Positions 11,933 through 23,420 of a stretch of DNA of 64,000 nucleotides are shown here, piece by piece. Source of the DNA: Squalus acanthias (lineage: Eukaryota); assembly GCA_030390025.1 (NCBI GenBank), contig CM059432.1, positions 92,630,001-92,694,000 on the forward strand. The letters are read 5' to 3'. Below the pieces are notes generated by a model. That model had not been told where the DNA came from, did no database searches, and saw only the letters and a list, made by a program, of their open reading frames with translations. Position 1 is the first letter of the stretch. The number at the start of each line of letters is the position of its first letter. The position numbers and the translations under genes are program-made.

Positions 11933-14900
11933 AAATACTTCCACAATTACACTTCTGGTGAATATTTAATATACATATATAAATAACACTTATAGAAATA
12001 AATTAAGGTATAAAAACACTCCATAGAAGACTTATAGCAATGATTTTAGTCAAACATTAATATGAGGAAATAAATATCCAAAGCGCACAACTCAAATGGG
12101 TCCTCATAAAACAAAGGAGCCCAATACTGAAACAGTACACAAAAAAATAGAACCAATTAGATACAGCGAATAAAGGAAATGCATTGAATGGTCACTGCAC
12201 TGTAAGCGCATCATATCACTTGCGTAATATTTTATATGAAAATGTGACATTCTCTGTTGCAGCAATGTCCCAGTTAGAGACAACAAGTAAAGAACTTTTC
12301 AGTTGAAATTTGACTTCATATTAGGTTCAACTCTTTAAAAAAAAAGATATCTAACTCACTCCTTGGTATCAAGATTGGAGGACGCACAAAAGGTGTTTCT
12401 GATGCAGGCAATTTCCAATTATCAGAACCAAAGATTTCCCACCCAATTCAAACCAAGTTTGTAATTTATTAATAGATAAGTTTCTCTAACTTAAAATGCG
12501 TGAATAAAATCCTATAGAGAGTGGGACTGCTTCCAAAGCCAGGCAAAGTGGGATGTATATTTTAATCAGTCTGAAGGATATTAAATAATGTTTGCCAAAA
12601 GTGTGGGACCTCTAGAACAGATCCAAATTCTTGACCTTCCTGTGCCCACATCTGCAGCATTAGACAAACATAAGATTGAGGGGTAAGTTTTAGGATTTAG
12701 TGCTCCCGGAGCAAAGCTTTCTACAATGGGAGAACATATCAGGAATTCGGGTACAGAGGTCAGCACACCGAACATATAACACACAATGTTCAATCCATTC
12801 AAATTAACTGACGGAAAATCATGTGGACTGTGATGCTCTGCAGTGCTAGTGCTAAATTATGAAATGTAATCTTTATAAATTAAAGCAGGGTCAAACTGCT
12901 TTAAGGATACTTGTTTGATCAGAAATTGTCCATCATTTGAAGCTACAACTATAGCCTTACAAAGAGATCTATTGATGTCCAATTTCAATTAAAGATCTTC
13001 AGACCAGAATTTAATTGATGCTTGGGTTACAGTTAATAGCTGTCGAACAGCAAATCTAAAATATTCCTTTTCACGATGTATGCCTACCTCAAGTTGTAAC
13101 ATCCATGCCAACTAGATTTTTTTTTTTTTACACTGGACAACGATAGAGTACTTTATTAAAAAAAAGTTGAATCCTTTATAGAAAAGCTTAATATTTTACA
13201 TTTAAGTGAGAATATTTATGCTTACATCCATATTAATGTGCAGTCTCACTCAACTATCCCATTTCTGCTTATAACAAATAATAACAGTAAATAGGAGTAT
13301 TTCTAAATATCTAGTTTGCTGCAGCAAAACCATCATCGTGCTCAGTAGGCATAATAAATGGTCTAAAAACATTTGCTGGATATCAAGTCACTCACCCTCA
13401 ACTCCAAAATGAAAAAAGTCCCTTTACCTTGCATTTGAGACAACTTGATGGATCTGACATGTGATTTCCGATTTCTCACCCTAAGAAATAATGATTTTGC
13501 AATAACCCAGTAGAAGCCTAACATACAAGAAAAGGCAGTAATCTTGGTATTTGTCAGTGAATACATGGCCTGAAGTTACTAAACAATTCCAAGTACGAGA
13601 AAGGTGTCACGGGCAACAAAAATAAAAACATGTCTGATTACTTTACTTTTTTTTTAAAATCTAGTCTTCAGTGGTTTTGCCTGAAAGAGCTGTGATAATT
13701 AGAGCTATTTCCTAGCCCAAGAATATCAGGTGCCAAATTGAGCACATCAAAGAACTCCTGCTATACCTGAACTCAAGTATTTCTCCTTTGGAATATACAT
13801 TTCACTTGAAGAACCTGCTATTCTAAATCTTAAGACCATACGACTCATTTCTTTGCCTGCCCTCACATAAATATAATATTTGCTCATTTTATATAAAGTC
13901 ACTCTTTTTGACCTTACATTTACTGTTCATCTGGAACCCTGACAATACATAAATGGATTATTTGTGATGGCTTAACACAAAAATGAAAAACATATTTTGC
14001 AGAACCTCCCCGCATCTCAAATCTGTGCTAAAAGAAAAAAAGATATCAGAAGGGCTCAGACCCGTCTTTCAGAAACTACAGCAGAAGCCTTGTACCCCTC
14101 ATCATTTCCCAAATGGAGCAAGAAAATAAACTGCACAACATTCCTTTGTGTAATATTCTAGCCTGTGCTGAAAACCATTCAATTTTGAAGGGATAAAAAT
14201 ATTCCAGACAAAAGTATTTTTACAAACACAGAAACAAAGGCCATTAGATTTAATTCCATAATCCTATTTACATAAAGAAAAAATAAGGTCAAAACATACA
14301 GCAAGCACCTTTTGCTCTCCCACCCACCACCTATTTATTGTTCGAAAACTAGAAACTACGGTTTGATTATCTGGCTTACTTTAATTATTTTAGACTGATT
14401 TTGTACTGAATGGATCATTGTTTGCAAGTGTTTTTCAAGATTCAGGGACCCAGTCAATTTTACAACTCCATTGCACGTACAGTGCATGAGAAAACAATTT
14501 GACAGCCATTTATTTCAGACACTGGAAAATAAATGCAATCAGAGTAAAAATGACTAATATCTGAATAAATTGTCAAATAGCACTTCATAGAAGCAGGACA
14601 CTTGAAATATGGATTTCTAAGTGTCCTGATTGTACAGTAGTGATGTACTGAAATACTAAGTCATGAGTTTTTTTGACCATGATTTCCTCACAGAGTGGAT
14701 TCCTGAATTCATCTGAGCCATCTGGAGAAGGCTCAGAATGGAAAGGAGGGAGGGAAATTTGGCAAGAAAGTCACATTAGGCTGCTCCATTTTGCTTCCCA
14801 GTGGCCATAAATAATAATTGTTTAACCAGAAAAAGGTGAAGGATTAAAAAAATGTAAGGCCTAAACTAATACAGGGACAATGTAATAGTGTATGTTTTGC

Positions 14901-15359
14901 ATTGCTGAAAAGCTGGAACCATTTTGCAGCAAAATGTGCAGATAATTGAAACAATTCAGCTTTATTTCAGAATTCCTCATCAGGTGCAAGACCAAACCAG
15001 GAGGTAACCTCACACTTCTTGTGCTTCACACATGCTGCAGTATAATAACCTCAGTAAAGCGAACATTTTAAACTTTAAAGACCATCTTTAACTTTCTAAT
15101 GTTAGTAAAGAGTGGTCAGGAATGTCAGCTTTTCACTCAGTAAAAGTTTCACCAGCATTTGGACAGCAATTAACAGAACACTGTGCATGCAGTTGTCCTA
15201 CTTTTCACCCATGACAGCCTGGGACAGTATATGGCATGTTATACAATATCATGTCCCTTTTAGAGTTCATCATTTACATATTAAATCACAATTAAAACAT
15301 GAATTTTGTTAAGTGGAAAGCCAAATTGTGTTGTTATGAAGCTACAATGCTCATCTGTG

Positions 15360-15720
15360 GGTGAACATCTGGTAGCCCAGGAAAGTCTCAGGTTGAATCC
15401 CTGGTCTACTTTGAATGAACTGTCCTCTCAGGTGGAGAAGCAGTGAGGTCCCCAAACTACTGAGAGGGAAAATAAAGGCAGGGTTCCCTCTCCTGATCAT
15501 TGTCCAGTGACAGATAATGCAAGTACACGTGTGGATCCTGGCCAATGGCAAAATCTAGTTGTGTAACCCCCAAGGTTGAGTAGCTCATAGACATTCACTA
15601 CTCACATATGAAGGGAACCAAATGGGTAAAGTACCAGAAGGCTGATACTACCCATGGAACCATACCGCAGTTTTTGTCACCACCTTCAGGGCAGGGTAAA
15701 TAGGGAGGAAAATGAAACAC
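15360..15720 (+). mobile_element. Old tRNA-head SINE-like repeat (related to 37150-37500)
   Basis: B-box-like GGTTGAATCCC; shares GGTTGAGTAGC and CCCAT..CAG blocks with 37150-37500. Confidence 0.4.
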
Positions 15721-17429
15721 AACAAAACGACATATGTGCTTCAGTGCTTCTGGCTAAAATGCAGAGCAATGCCCTAATGTAAACTTAAGACTACCAGGGC
15801 ATGCAAACTTTTTACAAGGCAACATAACCAGCTCAACACAATGAGACTGTAATACTAAATTAAATACAAACTTTTAAAAATAGTGCTGCAAGATCATATA
15901 ACAAGACTCCCCCTGCCGTTCTGACTATGGCTCTACAATAGAGCCTCTCCAATTTGCAATTTATGCCACTTTGCTCAGAGATGCCACCGTGTGGAAAGTT
16001 TTAGAAACAACAGTATAACAGCCATGCTGCTACAGTACTTATTTGCATTCACAAAGATAAGCACAGGTGAGGGCCATTGGTTCCAACTTGTTCATTCTTC
16101 CACAGAAGCCCAAGCACCCCCATCGTCATAGTATTTAACTGCCTCTTGAAAGATTCCCTATTTTAATATAAATAATTGTAATATCTTTGCCTTCCTCATG
16201 CTTTAAGTGAGTCTTAACTAAAACACTATTACATAAAATGATTTTTACAAAAAGTTGCAAGCGTTCCAATTAGTGTTACCACGGCTATACAAATAAAAGG
16301 ATTTAAAAAATGGTAATATCATAAACAAAACATCTAAAAAATTAGAACCTTCAGATACGCAACATTGATAAATTTCCCATCTAGCTTACAGTGCCGCCCT
16401 GAGCAGCAGCCCTAACTTTGATAGCACAGCTGCAAAGTACATGAGGCAGCACTTCAGCAGCACCAGCTGCCATCTTTTCTGGCTTTCGGCAAGCTGAGCA
16501 TTTAGCCCACCCATGGGAGGACAGTGCACGTTGCTCCATCACTGGACGATACAGACTCTCCCCACCCACTGGGGTAGCTTCAGCAGCCTGAAAATAAAAA
16601 CCATGAATCGTTACTTTCAAACAATAGTTTGAAAGCAAGCTTATTCATGCATGGTTGTCTGTTGCTCCAGCACTGTGGAATCCACTCTACAATACAAACG
16701 TGATGATTTACACAGCACTGGAAACCGAGGTTATTGCAGAACCTTTACTACATCAAGGGGCTGGTTCTATAAAATCGAAGCACTATTATTCAAATGTCAT
16801 CACTGATAAAATGTTGATTCCTCCCCTCCCTCTGCCCCAAAGATGTGAAGATAGATAGCCAAAGTTAAACATGATAAATCTGCAGGTTATTTATTGCTGA
16901 GTTTCGATATATCACGTGCAGTATTCATAGTAAGCACTTCAATTTTTTTTCAGATGACAGAACGGCAACCTTTTTTAGTACATGGGAAGCAAGGGAAATG
17001 CTCCAGAACAAGCCTTTTCATTGTTCCATTCTAAACATCTTTGTGCAAGAATGTAACCTGTCCCACAGTGATTTGAACAGGTACCTATAGATGATTTTTA
17101 ATGCAAGAGAAGGATGGGAGAAGGTATCCCAGATTTAGAATAGATTCAGCCACTTGTACCGGCAATCCTCTCACCCATGTTTTTTCAGAGGTGTCATGCA
17201 AAGACACTGGGCATTGCTATTTCTGATACCAGGCATTATAGGATTTCTCTCCAATCCACAATTGTAAATGGATGATTTTAATGTTGTTTTCTGCATGGGA
17301 AAGATATGTTTCTCTTTTAGCTGTGATCTTACTTGAAACGTATGCTGATATTTACTTTAAATGGCACTATTAATGACGTAGGGAGCTATATCTACTTTCT
17401 ATCTATCTCCACCTATCTATCTCACTAAA

Positions 17430-17612
17430 TGTCGTAAGAATGAGCCTTACGCGTGGTAAACTTAATGTAAGCTTTAATCAACTTAAAACGGTGCTGCATA
17501 CAAAAGAGGTCTTACCCTATGCCTCTTCCAGAGCTAACTGATCAGTCCAGTATTTATCCTGGACTGATTACAGGAAGTGATGTCATACAGGAAGCTGAAA
17601 AGTGTTACCACA
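17430..17612 (-). repeat. 3' LTR of the Gypsy element
   Basis: 183 bp, identical base-for-base to 21667-21849; adjacent to the PPT. Confidence 0.97.
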
Positions 17613-17630
17613 TTCTCCCCCCCCAAAAGA

Positions 17631-20600
17631 TTAGGAGGCCGGAATGCTCCCTCCATTTCGTAGCCGTTGGATGAGGGAGAGCCGCACCCGTTTGGGTTCT
17701 CGTAGCGGTAGAGGGCCCCTAGCCCGTTTACCCGCTGCGGGCCATGGACCAGAGTCCGAGTGCTCCAGCCCGCTCTGTGAGGGGTCAGAACGATCCTGAC
17801 TGTGTACTGGTACCCGAATGGGTGTCGGGCAGGGCTGTGGCAGCTCCGTTTCTGAGCGTACGGTACAGGGTTGATCGTGGCTGCGCGTGCGAGCCCCGAC
17901 GGGCTCATAGTCAGTCTGCCCCAGGTCGGCACGCTGGAGTGAGGTACCAGCCGGCGTCAGATCCCGATCATGATGAGAGGCACCTGGCAAGCCCAGAGAT
18001 GTGCCTGGTACAATATCATCCCCTGATGTCCCTCTATGTTTCGGCGGGCAGGGAGCCAGATCCCGCAATGACACGGTAGATTCCCGACCGTCAGGATACC
18101 GAATATAGGCGTAGGTAGGGTTGACGTCAGTGAGCTCCACCTCATCTACCAGGGGGTCATTCTTAGACGCCCGGACATATCTTCGGAGTAGCACTGGTCC
18201 CGGTGCAGTCAGCCACGACGGGAGAGATGTCCCATAGGATGAGCGACGCTGAAATCGGAAGAACCGTTCATGAGGCGTCGTATTTGTGGCGGTCGAAAGG
18301 AGGGACCGTGTGGAGTGTAATGCGTCTGGAAGTACTGCTTCCCAATGCTGGTTGGGTAGGCCCCGAGATCTCAAAGCCAGACGTACCGCATTCCAGATGA
18401 TAGCGTTAAAACGCTCGACTTGCCCATTCCCAACCGGATGATAAGGCGTCGTTTTGCTGGCAGCAATACCCCGTTCCGAGAGATAGGCCTTGAGTTCTCC
18501 CGACATAAAAGAAGGGCCCCGATCTGAATGAACATAGGATGCCATGCCACAGAAAGCAAATACCTGTTCAAGGCAGCTGATAACCGTGGTTGTCAGCATA
18601 TTGGGGCAGGGAAAGGCAAACGGAAAACGAGAATACTCATCAACCATTGTTAATAGATAAGTGTTGCGAGTCGAAGAGGGCAACGGCCCCTTAAAATCGA
18701 TGCTAAGCCTTTGCATTGGCTGGGTCGCATGTATGAGTATACCACCCGAGGGGCGGAAAAACCGAGGTTTCAATTCCGCACAGACTCTGCAGTCCGAGCA
18801 CATCTTCTTTACATCCCCGGTAGAGAATGGGAGATTTCGGGACCGCACGAAGTGCAGCATGCGAGTAACGCCTGGATGACACAACCCATCATGGATGTCT
18901 ACGAGCGTAGAGGGTGCCATGGCGGAGCAGAATGCTCGTGTGAGGGTATCCGGAGCCACATTCTCCTTGCCAGGTCGATAGTGGATGGTGTAACCAAAAG
19001 AGGCCAATTCCAGCCGCCAAAGCTGGATTTTATTATTTTTAATTTTGGTCCGTTTTCGATTATCGAGCATGAAGGCGACCGATCGCTGGTCCGTGATTAA
19101 GGTAAAGTGCTGGCGAGCCAGGAGATGACTCCACTTCCGTACTGCCTCTATGATGGCTGTAGCTTCTTTCTCGACTGGAGGATAATGTAGCTCAGCCCCT
19201 TGAAAAGTCCTGGACAAAAATGCCACCGGACGACCTTCCTGATTCAGAGTGGCTGAGATTGCCACCTCCGAGGCATCACACTCAACCACGAAAGGAAGAC
19301 TCTCATCAATGGAGTGAAGAGCCGCTTTCTCCAACTGCTTTTTCAGGAGGTTAAAGGCTGCAACAGCCGTTGTGTCTAGTGGGAATGTGCTGGCCTTCAG
19401 TAGAGGTTGGATTCGGTCCGAGAAGTTAGGAATCCATTTCGCATAGTATGCAAACAGGCCGAGGGCCCGGCGCAAGGAGGCCGGATTCTTAGGTGGCGGG
19501 AGTTCTTGGAGTGGGCGAAGCCTTTCAGGGTCAGGTTTAATGATGCCATTGCCCACACAATAGCCAAGGATGTTGATAGTTGGTTGTGACTCAATGGATT
19601 TAGCCGCATTCAATGTCAAATTACGGTGCTGGAGTGCATCCCAAAATCGTTGGAGATTGGCGTCATGTTCCTGCTGATTGCGACCTGCGACAGTAATATT
19701 GTCCAGATAAGGAAACGTATCCTTCAAGTCTTCCTGTTTGACCAGGTCATCCATTGCTCGCTGGAAGACAGCCACTCCATTAGTGACCCCAAAGGGGAGG
19801 CGACGAAATTGATACAGCCGCCCATTGGCTTCAAAGGCTGTATACTGCTTGTCTGAGACCTTCAAGGGTACCTGATGATAGGCGCTTTTCAGATCATAAG
19901 TCGAGAACACCGTGTACTCAGCCAATTTATTAACCATATCATCGATGCGCGGCAATGGGTATGCGTCCAAGTCCGTATACTGATTGATGGTCTGTGAATA
20001 GTCAATGCACAGCCGTTTCTTGTGAGGTTGTAGAGGGTTCTTAACAATAACGACCTGGGCGCGCCATGGCGACGAACAAGGCTCGATGATATCCTCTGCT
20101 AAAAGCCGAGAAATCTCAGCCGCAATAAAAGACTGGTCTTCCTGACTGAAACGGCGTGACTTTGTTATAATCGGTTTGCATCGAGGAGGGATACTGGCAA
20201 ACAGTGAGGGTTCATCCAGTGAAGCTGCTGACAAGGCACAGAACGGTAATCGAGGTCGTATATTAGAAATAGTGAGTTCAGGTTTGGATCCGCCGAACTC
20301 AATGGTAAGCTTCTTATGCTGCTTTTGAAAATCCAGCCCTAAGATAAGATCACTACATAAGTCCTTGAGCACCGAAAGCCGGGTGGAGGGATACCTGTGA
20401 CCTTTAAGCATTATTTCAACTACACAGAAGCCAGAAATTCTGGTATTAAGTGATGACTGAGCCATCGCAACTGCCTGGTCCGATGGAAAAACATGTAGCT
20501 TTAACTGTGCAACAGTCTGTTCCCTAATGAAACTATCAGTGCTACCTGAGTCAATTAAGGCATCTAAAGTATGTCCCTTAATTGATGCTTTTGTAGCTGC

Positions 20601-21587
20601 ATGGAATAGATTCTGAGGACAAGCAGCTGTAATTGGTGTCGTTGCACAAAGAGTGGCTGAAATTCTAGGTGTGTTTCTTCGAGAAAAAACCCGAGAGGAA
20701 GCACGATAGTTTTTAGTTGGAACATCCTGATAGGCCCTTACTGGGGCAGTTCGGTAGGACTTAGCTTGATAAGCCCTCGTAGAGGCTCTTGATAGGCAAA
20801 CCTTTACAAAATGACCCTTTTTGTTGCAATGACTGCAAAACGCATTGCGAGCAGGGCAGAATCTCCGAGGGTGAAACTCATCCCCACAAAAAAAGCATTT
20901 CTTAGATTGCCAAGAGGCTGCCACAGTGGGGTCATCATCCTCTTCATCGGTGAAGTCATCAGATCGATCGTCAGGGATAAAGTCCTCCCTAATAGAGTTC
21001 ACCTGTGGCCTCTTAAATTGCCTGACTGTAGTTAAGGCAGCAGACCGAGGTCTGGGCACTGTAAAAAGGTCTGCATTTCGTTTTGCTAGATCTAGAGAGC
21101 AAGCCAGGTCATAAGCTCTCTGCAGCTCAAGTGTCTTACTTTCCAGTAGACGCTGGCGTATAAATGGGGAGGCAAGCCCGCAGATGAACGCATCACGGAT
21201 CATTTCTTCGCGGTATAGCTCAGCTGAGGCTGCCCGAAAGTTACAGTCCATACTAAGTCTGCGAAGCTCTTGGAGGAATTTATCAATGGATTCCTCCGGC
21301 CCTTGTTGGGCTGTAGCTAGTAGATGTCTAGCATAGACCTCATTCGGTGTCTTAGTATATAGTCTCTTAAGCGTCTGAATTGCCTCCTCATAACTGTCCC
21401 AGTCTTCCACATACTGAAATACATTCGGGGTGACACAGTTGATGAGTATCCGCAACTTTGAGTTATCATCCGCTTTGCAATACTCAAGAAAATTCTCAAA
21501 CGTGCGATACCAGTGTTTCCACACCTTACCGGCTGCTGGGGTGTTTGGGTCCAAGTCAAGACGCGATGGTTTAAGGATGTTTTCCAT
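17631..21587 (-). CDS. Gypsy gag-pol polyprotein, 1318 aa, single ORF (Gag-PR-RT-RNase H-IN)
   Basis: Two Cys/His knuckles (CFFCGDEFHPRRFC, CSHCNKKGHFVKVC); PR LIDSGST; RT RLCIDYS, YDLKSAYHQ, LPFG, YLDN; RNase H VECDAS, EKEA, ITDQ; IN HHCC plus IDFKG, HSDRG, GQVERFN. IN after RH indicates Gypsy. Confidence 0.97.
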   Translation of the reverse strand: MENILKPSRLDLDPNTPAAGKVWKHWYRTFENFLEYCKADDNSKLRILINCVTPNVFQYVEDWDSYEEAIQTLKRLYTKTPNEVYARHLLATAQQGPEESIDKFLQELRRLSMDCNFRAASAELYREEMIRDAFICGLASPFIRQRLLESKTLELQRAYDLACSLDLAKRNADLFTVPRPRSAALTTVRQFKRPQVNSIREDFIPDDRSDDFTDEEDDDPTVAASWQSKKCFFCGDEFHPRRFCPARNAFCSHCNKKGHFVKVCLSRASTRAYQAKSYRTAPVRAYQDVPTKNYRASSRVFSRRNTPRISATLCATTPITAACPQNLFHAATKASIKGHTLDALIDSGSTDSFIREQTVAQLKLHVFPSDQAVAMAQSSLNTRISGFCVVEIMLKGHRYPSTRLSVLKDLCSDLILGLDFQKQHKKLTIEFGGSKPELTISNIRPRLPFCALSAASLDEPSLFASIPPRCKPIITKSRRFSQEDQSFIAAEISRLLAEDIIEPCSSPWRAQVVIVKNPLQPHKKRLCIDYSQTINQYTDLDAYPLPRIDDMVNKLAEYTVFSTYDLKSAYHQVPLKVSDKQYTAFEANGRLYQFRRLPFGVTNGVAVFQRAMDDLVKQEDLKDTFPYLDNITVAGRNQQEHDANLQRFWDALQHRNLTLNAAKSIESQPTINILGYCVGNGIIKPDPERLRPLQELPPPKNPASLRRALGLFAYYAKWIPNFSDRIQPLLKASTFPLDTTAVAAFNLLKKQLEKAALHSIDESLPFVVECDASEVAISATLNQEGRPVAFLSRTFQGAELHYPPVEKEATAIIEAVRKWSHLLARQHFTLITDQRSVAFMLDNRKRTKIKNNKIQLWRLELASFGYTIHYRPGKENVAPDTLTRAFCSAMAPSTLVDIHDGLCHPGVTRMLHFVRSRNLPFSTGDVKKMCSDCRVCAELKPRFFRPSGGILIHATQPMQRLSIDFKGPLPSSTRNTYLLTMVDEYSRFPFAFPCPNMLTTTVISCLEQVFAFCGMASYVHSDRGPSFMSGELKAYLSERGIAASKTTPYHPVGNGQVERFNAIIWNAVRLALRSRGLPNQHWEAVLPDALHSTRSLLSTATNTTPHERFFRFQRRSSYGTSLPSWLTAPGPVLLRRYVRASKNDPLVDEVELTDVNPTYAYIRYPDGRESTVSLRDLAPCPPKHRGTSGDDIVPGTSLGLPGASHHDRDLTPAGTSLQRADLGQTDYEPVGARTRSHDQPCTVRSETELPQPCPTPIRVPVHSQDRSDPSQSGLEHSDSGPWPAAGKRARGPLPLREPKRVRLSLIQRLRNGGSIPAS

Positions 21588-21666
21588 GATGGGTGATTCC
21601 CTGGATCCTTAGCTCCGAGTTCGTCCAAAAAGTTTGAGTGCGAAGTTTTTCAAAAGTTGATTAAAT

Positions 21667-21849
21667 TGTCGTAAGAATGAGCCTTACGCGTGGTAAACTT
21701 AATGTAAGCTTTAATCAACTTAAAACGGTGCTGCATACAAAAGAGGTCTTACCCTATGCCTCTTCCAGAGCTAACTGATCAGTCCAGTATTTATCCTGGA
21801 CTGATTACAGGAAGTGATGTCATACAGGAAGCTGAAAAGTGTTACCACA
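21667..21849 (-). repeat. 5' LTR of the Gypsy element (promoter)
   Basis: TATA-like GATAAATA (21795-21788), ETS-like CAGGAAG x2 and ATTAAA; 79 nt upstream of the gag ATG. Confidence 0.95.
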
Positions 21850-22769
21850 CTAAATACATACAAAAATAACTGGACTGTGAGGGAGAGGCATTAGTTTAGT
21901 TCCTGACTATGTAAAGTGAAAGGGATGGGGGAACATAGAGGGGGAGAGTCAGAAAGAGAGATAGAGAGAAACAAACAAGCATGAAAAGTGTGACAAAAGC
22001 CAAAGAAATGAAAAGTGTGACGAGTGTTCTTGTCGAGTCTTTGAATCACTTGCTCTATCCATTGAAATGGGTAGGTCCTGTGGTGGATACATTCATGCTG
22101 CTCTTTCAGCAACTGCTCACAAAACCTCAGGATGCTTTCATTCTTGTGACAGCTGAATATTTCACCTCATGAAATTTCAAAGAATTAAATCCCATGTCTA
22201 TTTTGGAGAAACAGAAAGTGGACATAATATTACCTTCGGGAAACATATTTGGGCTCAGTTGAATAAAAAATTGTGGGTGATGGGAGGATCATCTGAATGA
22301 GCCAGCTGGTAGGTTTTTCATTCTGCAGAGAAGTCACAATCCTTAACAGGTCATATATTAGCAACTTCCTCTCACCACTGAGCACACTTTTGACAAGCAC
22401 AGTCACACAATGCTCAGGTAACACTGCAAAAGAACAATCTGGATGATGAGGCTCTTCAGCCAATTTGATCTTACCTTCCAAAATACCAACCGTACCATAT
22501 TCCCATTACAGTGGGAATGTCCAAACTGCAGCCTGCAGGCCAAGTGCAAACACCTAGCCTTGGGAACCAGTCCTATTCATGCTTATATTTTTTTATTTGC
22601 AGATTTGTCTGGCTTGAATTTTGTGGGCCAGGAACATTTTTACCATCACTGCCTCATTGGTGGACATATCCTAAATTAGATTTGTTATTATCGGCAGCTT
22701 GAGATATATAGAAATTAATGGGAATATAGACAAAACTTTCTATGTGGCTGCAAAGGCTCTACAGTTGAT

Positions 22770-23420
22770 GCAGCCCACAAGACAAGAAACTGAGACCCCT
22801 TTGCATCTCAAGCACTCTTCCCATTGATCTGTTTCAGTAGATCATAAGTAAAGAAATACTTCCTGGCATCTGTCCTGAATTGCCTTTCACAACTCTGAAC
22901 CTGGCCCTCTTGGCTACTGCCTTGGTGTATCTGAAAGTACTGTTCAGGTTTTCTGTATCCCATTTAATATCTTATATATTTCTACAAGGTCCCCTCGGAC
23001 ACACCTCTTTGAGGCTGAAGAACCCAAGTTTATTTAGTCATTCCTCCAACACTGGGAAGTAACCTTTTGTGCTCCTCTGTTCTGCTTACAGTGCCTCGAT
23101 AGCTCCCTTATGTCCAAACTATACAAATGCTTCAGGTGCAACCTGGCTACGACATTGTTCAGCTTCAGCGTGACTTCTGGGGGTTTGGATCAACGATCCG
23201 GCAATAAACGCAACATTTTGCTGTCTTTGTTTACTGTTACCTCACTATTCAGGGCAACTTTTCAGAGAAACCTCCAAGTGAACAAGATGCCAGTTAGTAA
23301 GCCATTTTCTACAACAGCTGAGATTACAAGCTATGGTGAAACTGTCAACTTGCGGATAATCACACATCCCCAAATTTCACTTTCATTTCTCACATGGGAC
23401 TTATCCAAGGATTGATTTTC
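22770..23420 (-). mobile_element. Highly decayed CR1 fragment
   Basis: Residual similarity to the CR1 3' ORF2/UTR (CTCTTTGAGGCTGAAGAACCCAAG, TGTCCAAACTATACAAATGCTTCAGG). Confidence 0.45.

Larger units (their letters stand above)
17430..21849 (-). mobile_element. Full-length young Gypsy/Ty3 LTR retrotransposon, 4420 bp
   Basis: Identical 183-bp LTRs (TG...CA); 5-bp TSD CTAAA at 17425-17429 and 21850-21854; PPT GGGGGGGGAGAA at 17624-17613; intact gag-pol ORF. Confidence 0.98.

Noticed and set aside
17534..21628. Small ORFs overlapping gag-pol
   Set aside because: Shadow ORFs of a GC-richer coding region with no domain motifs.
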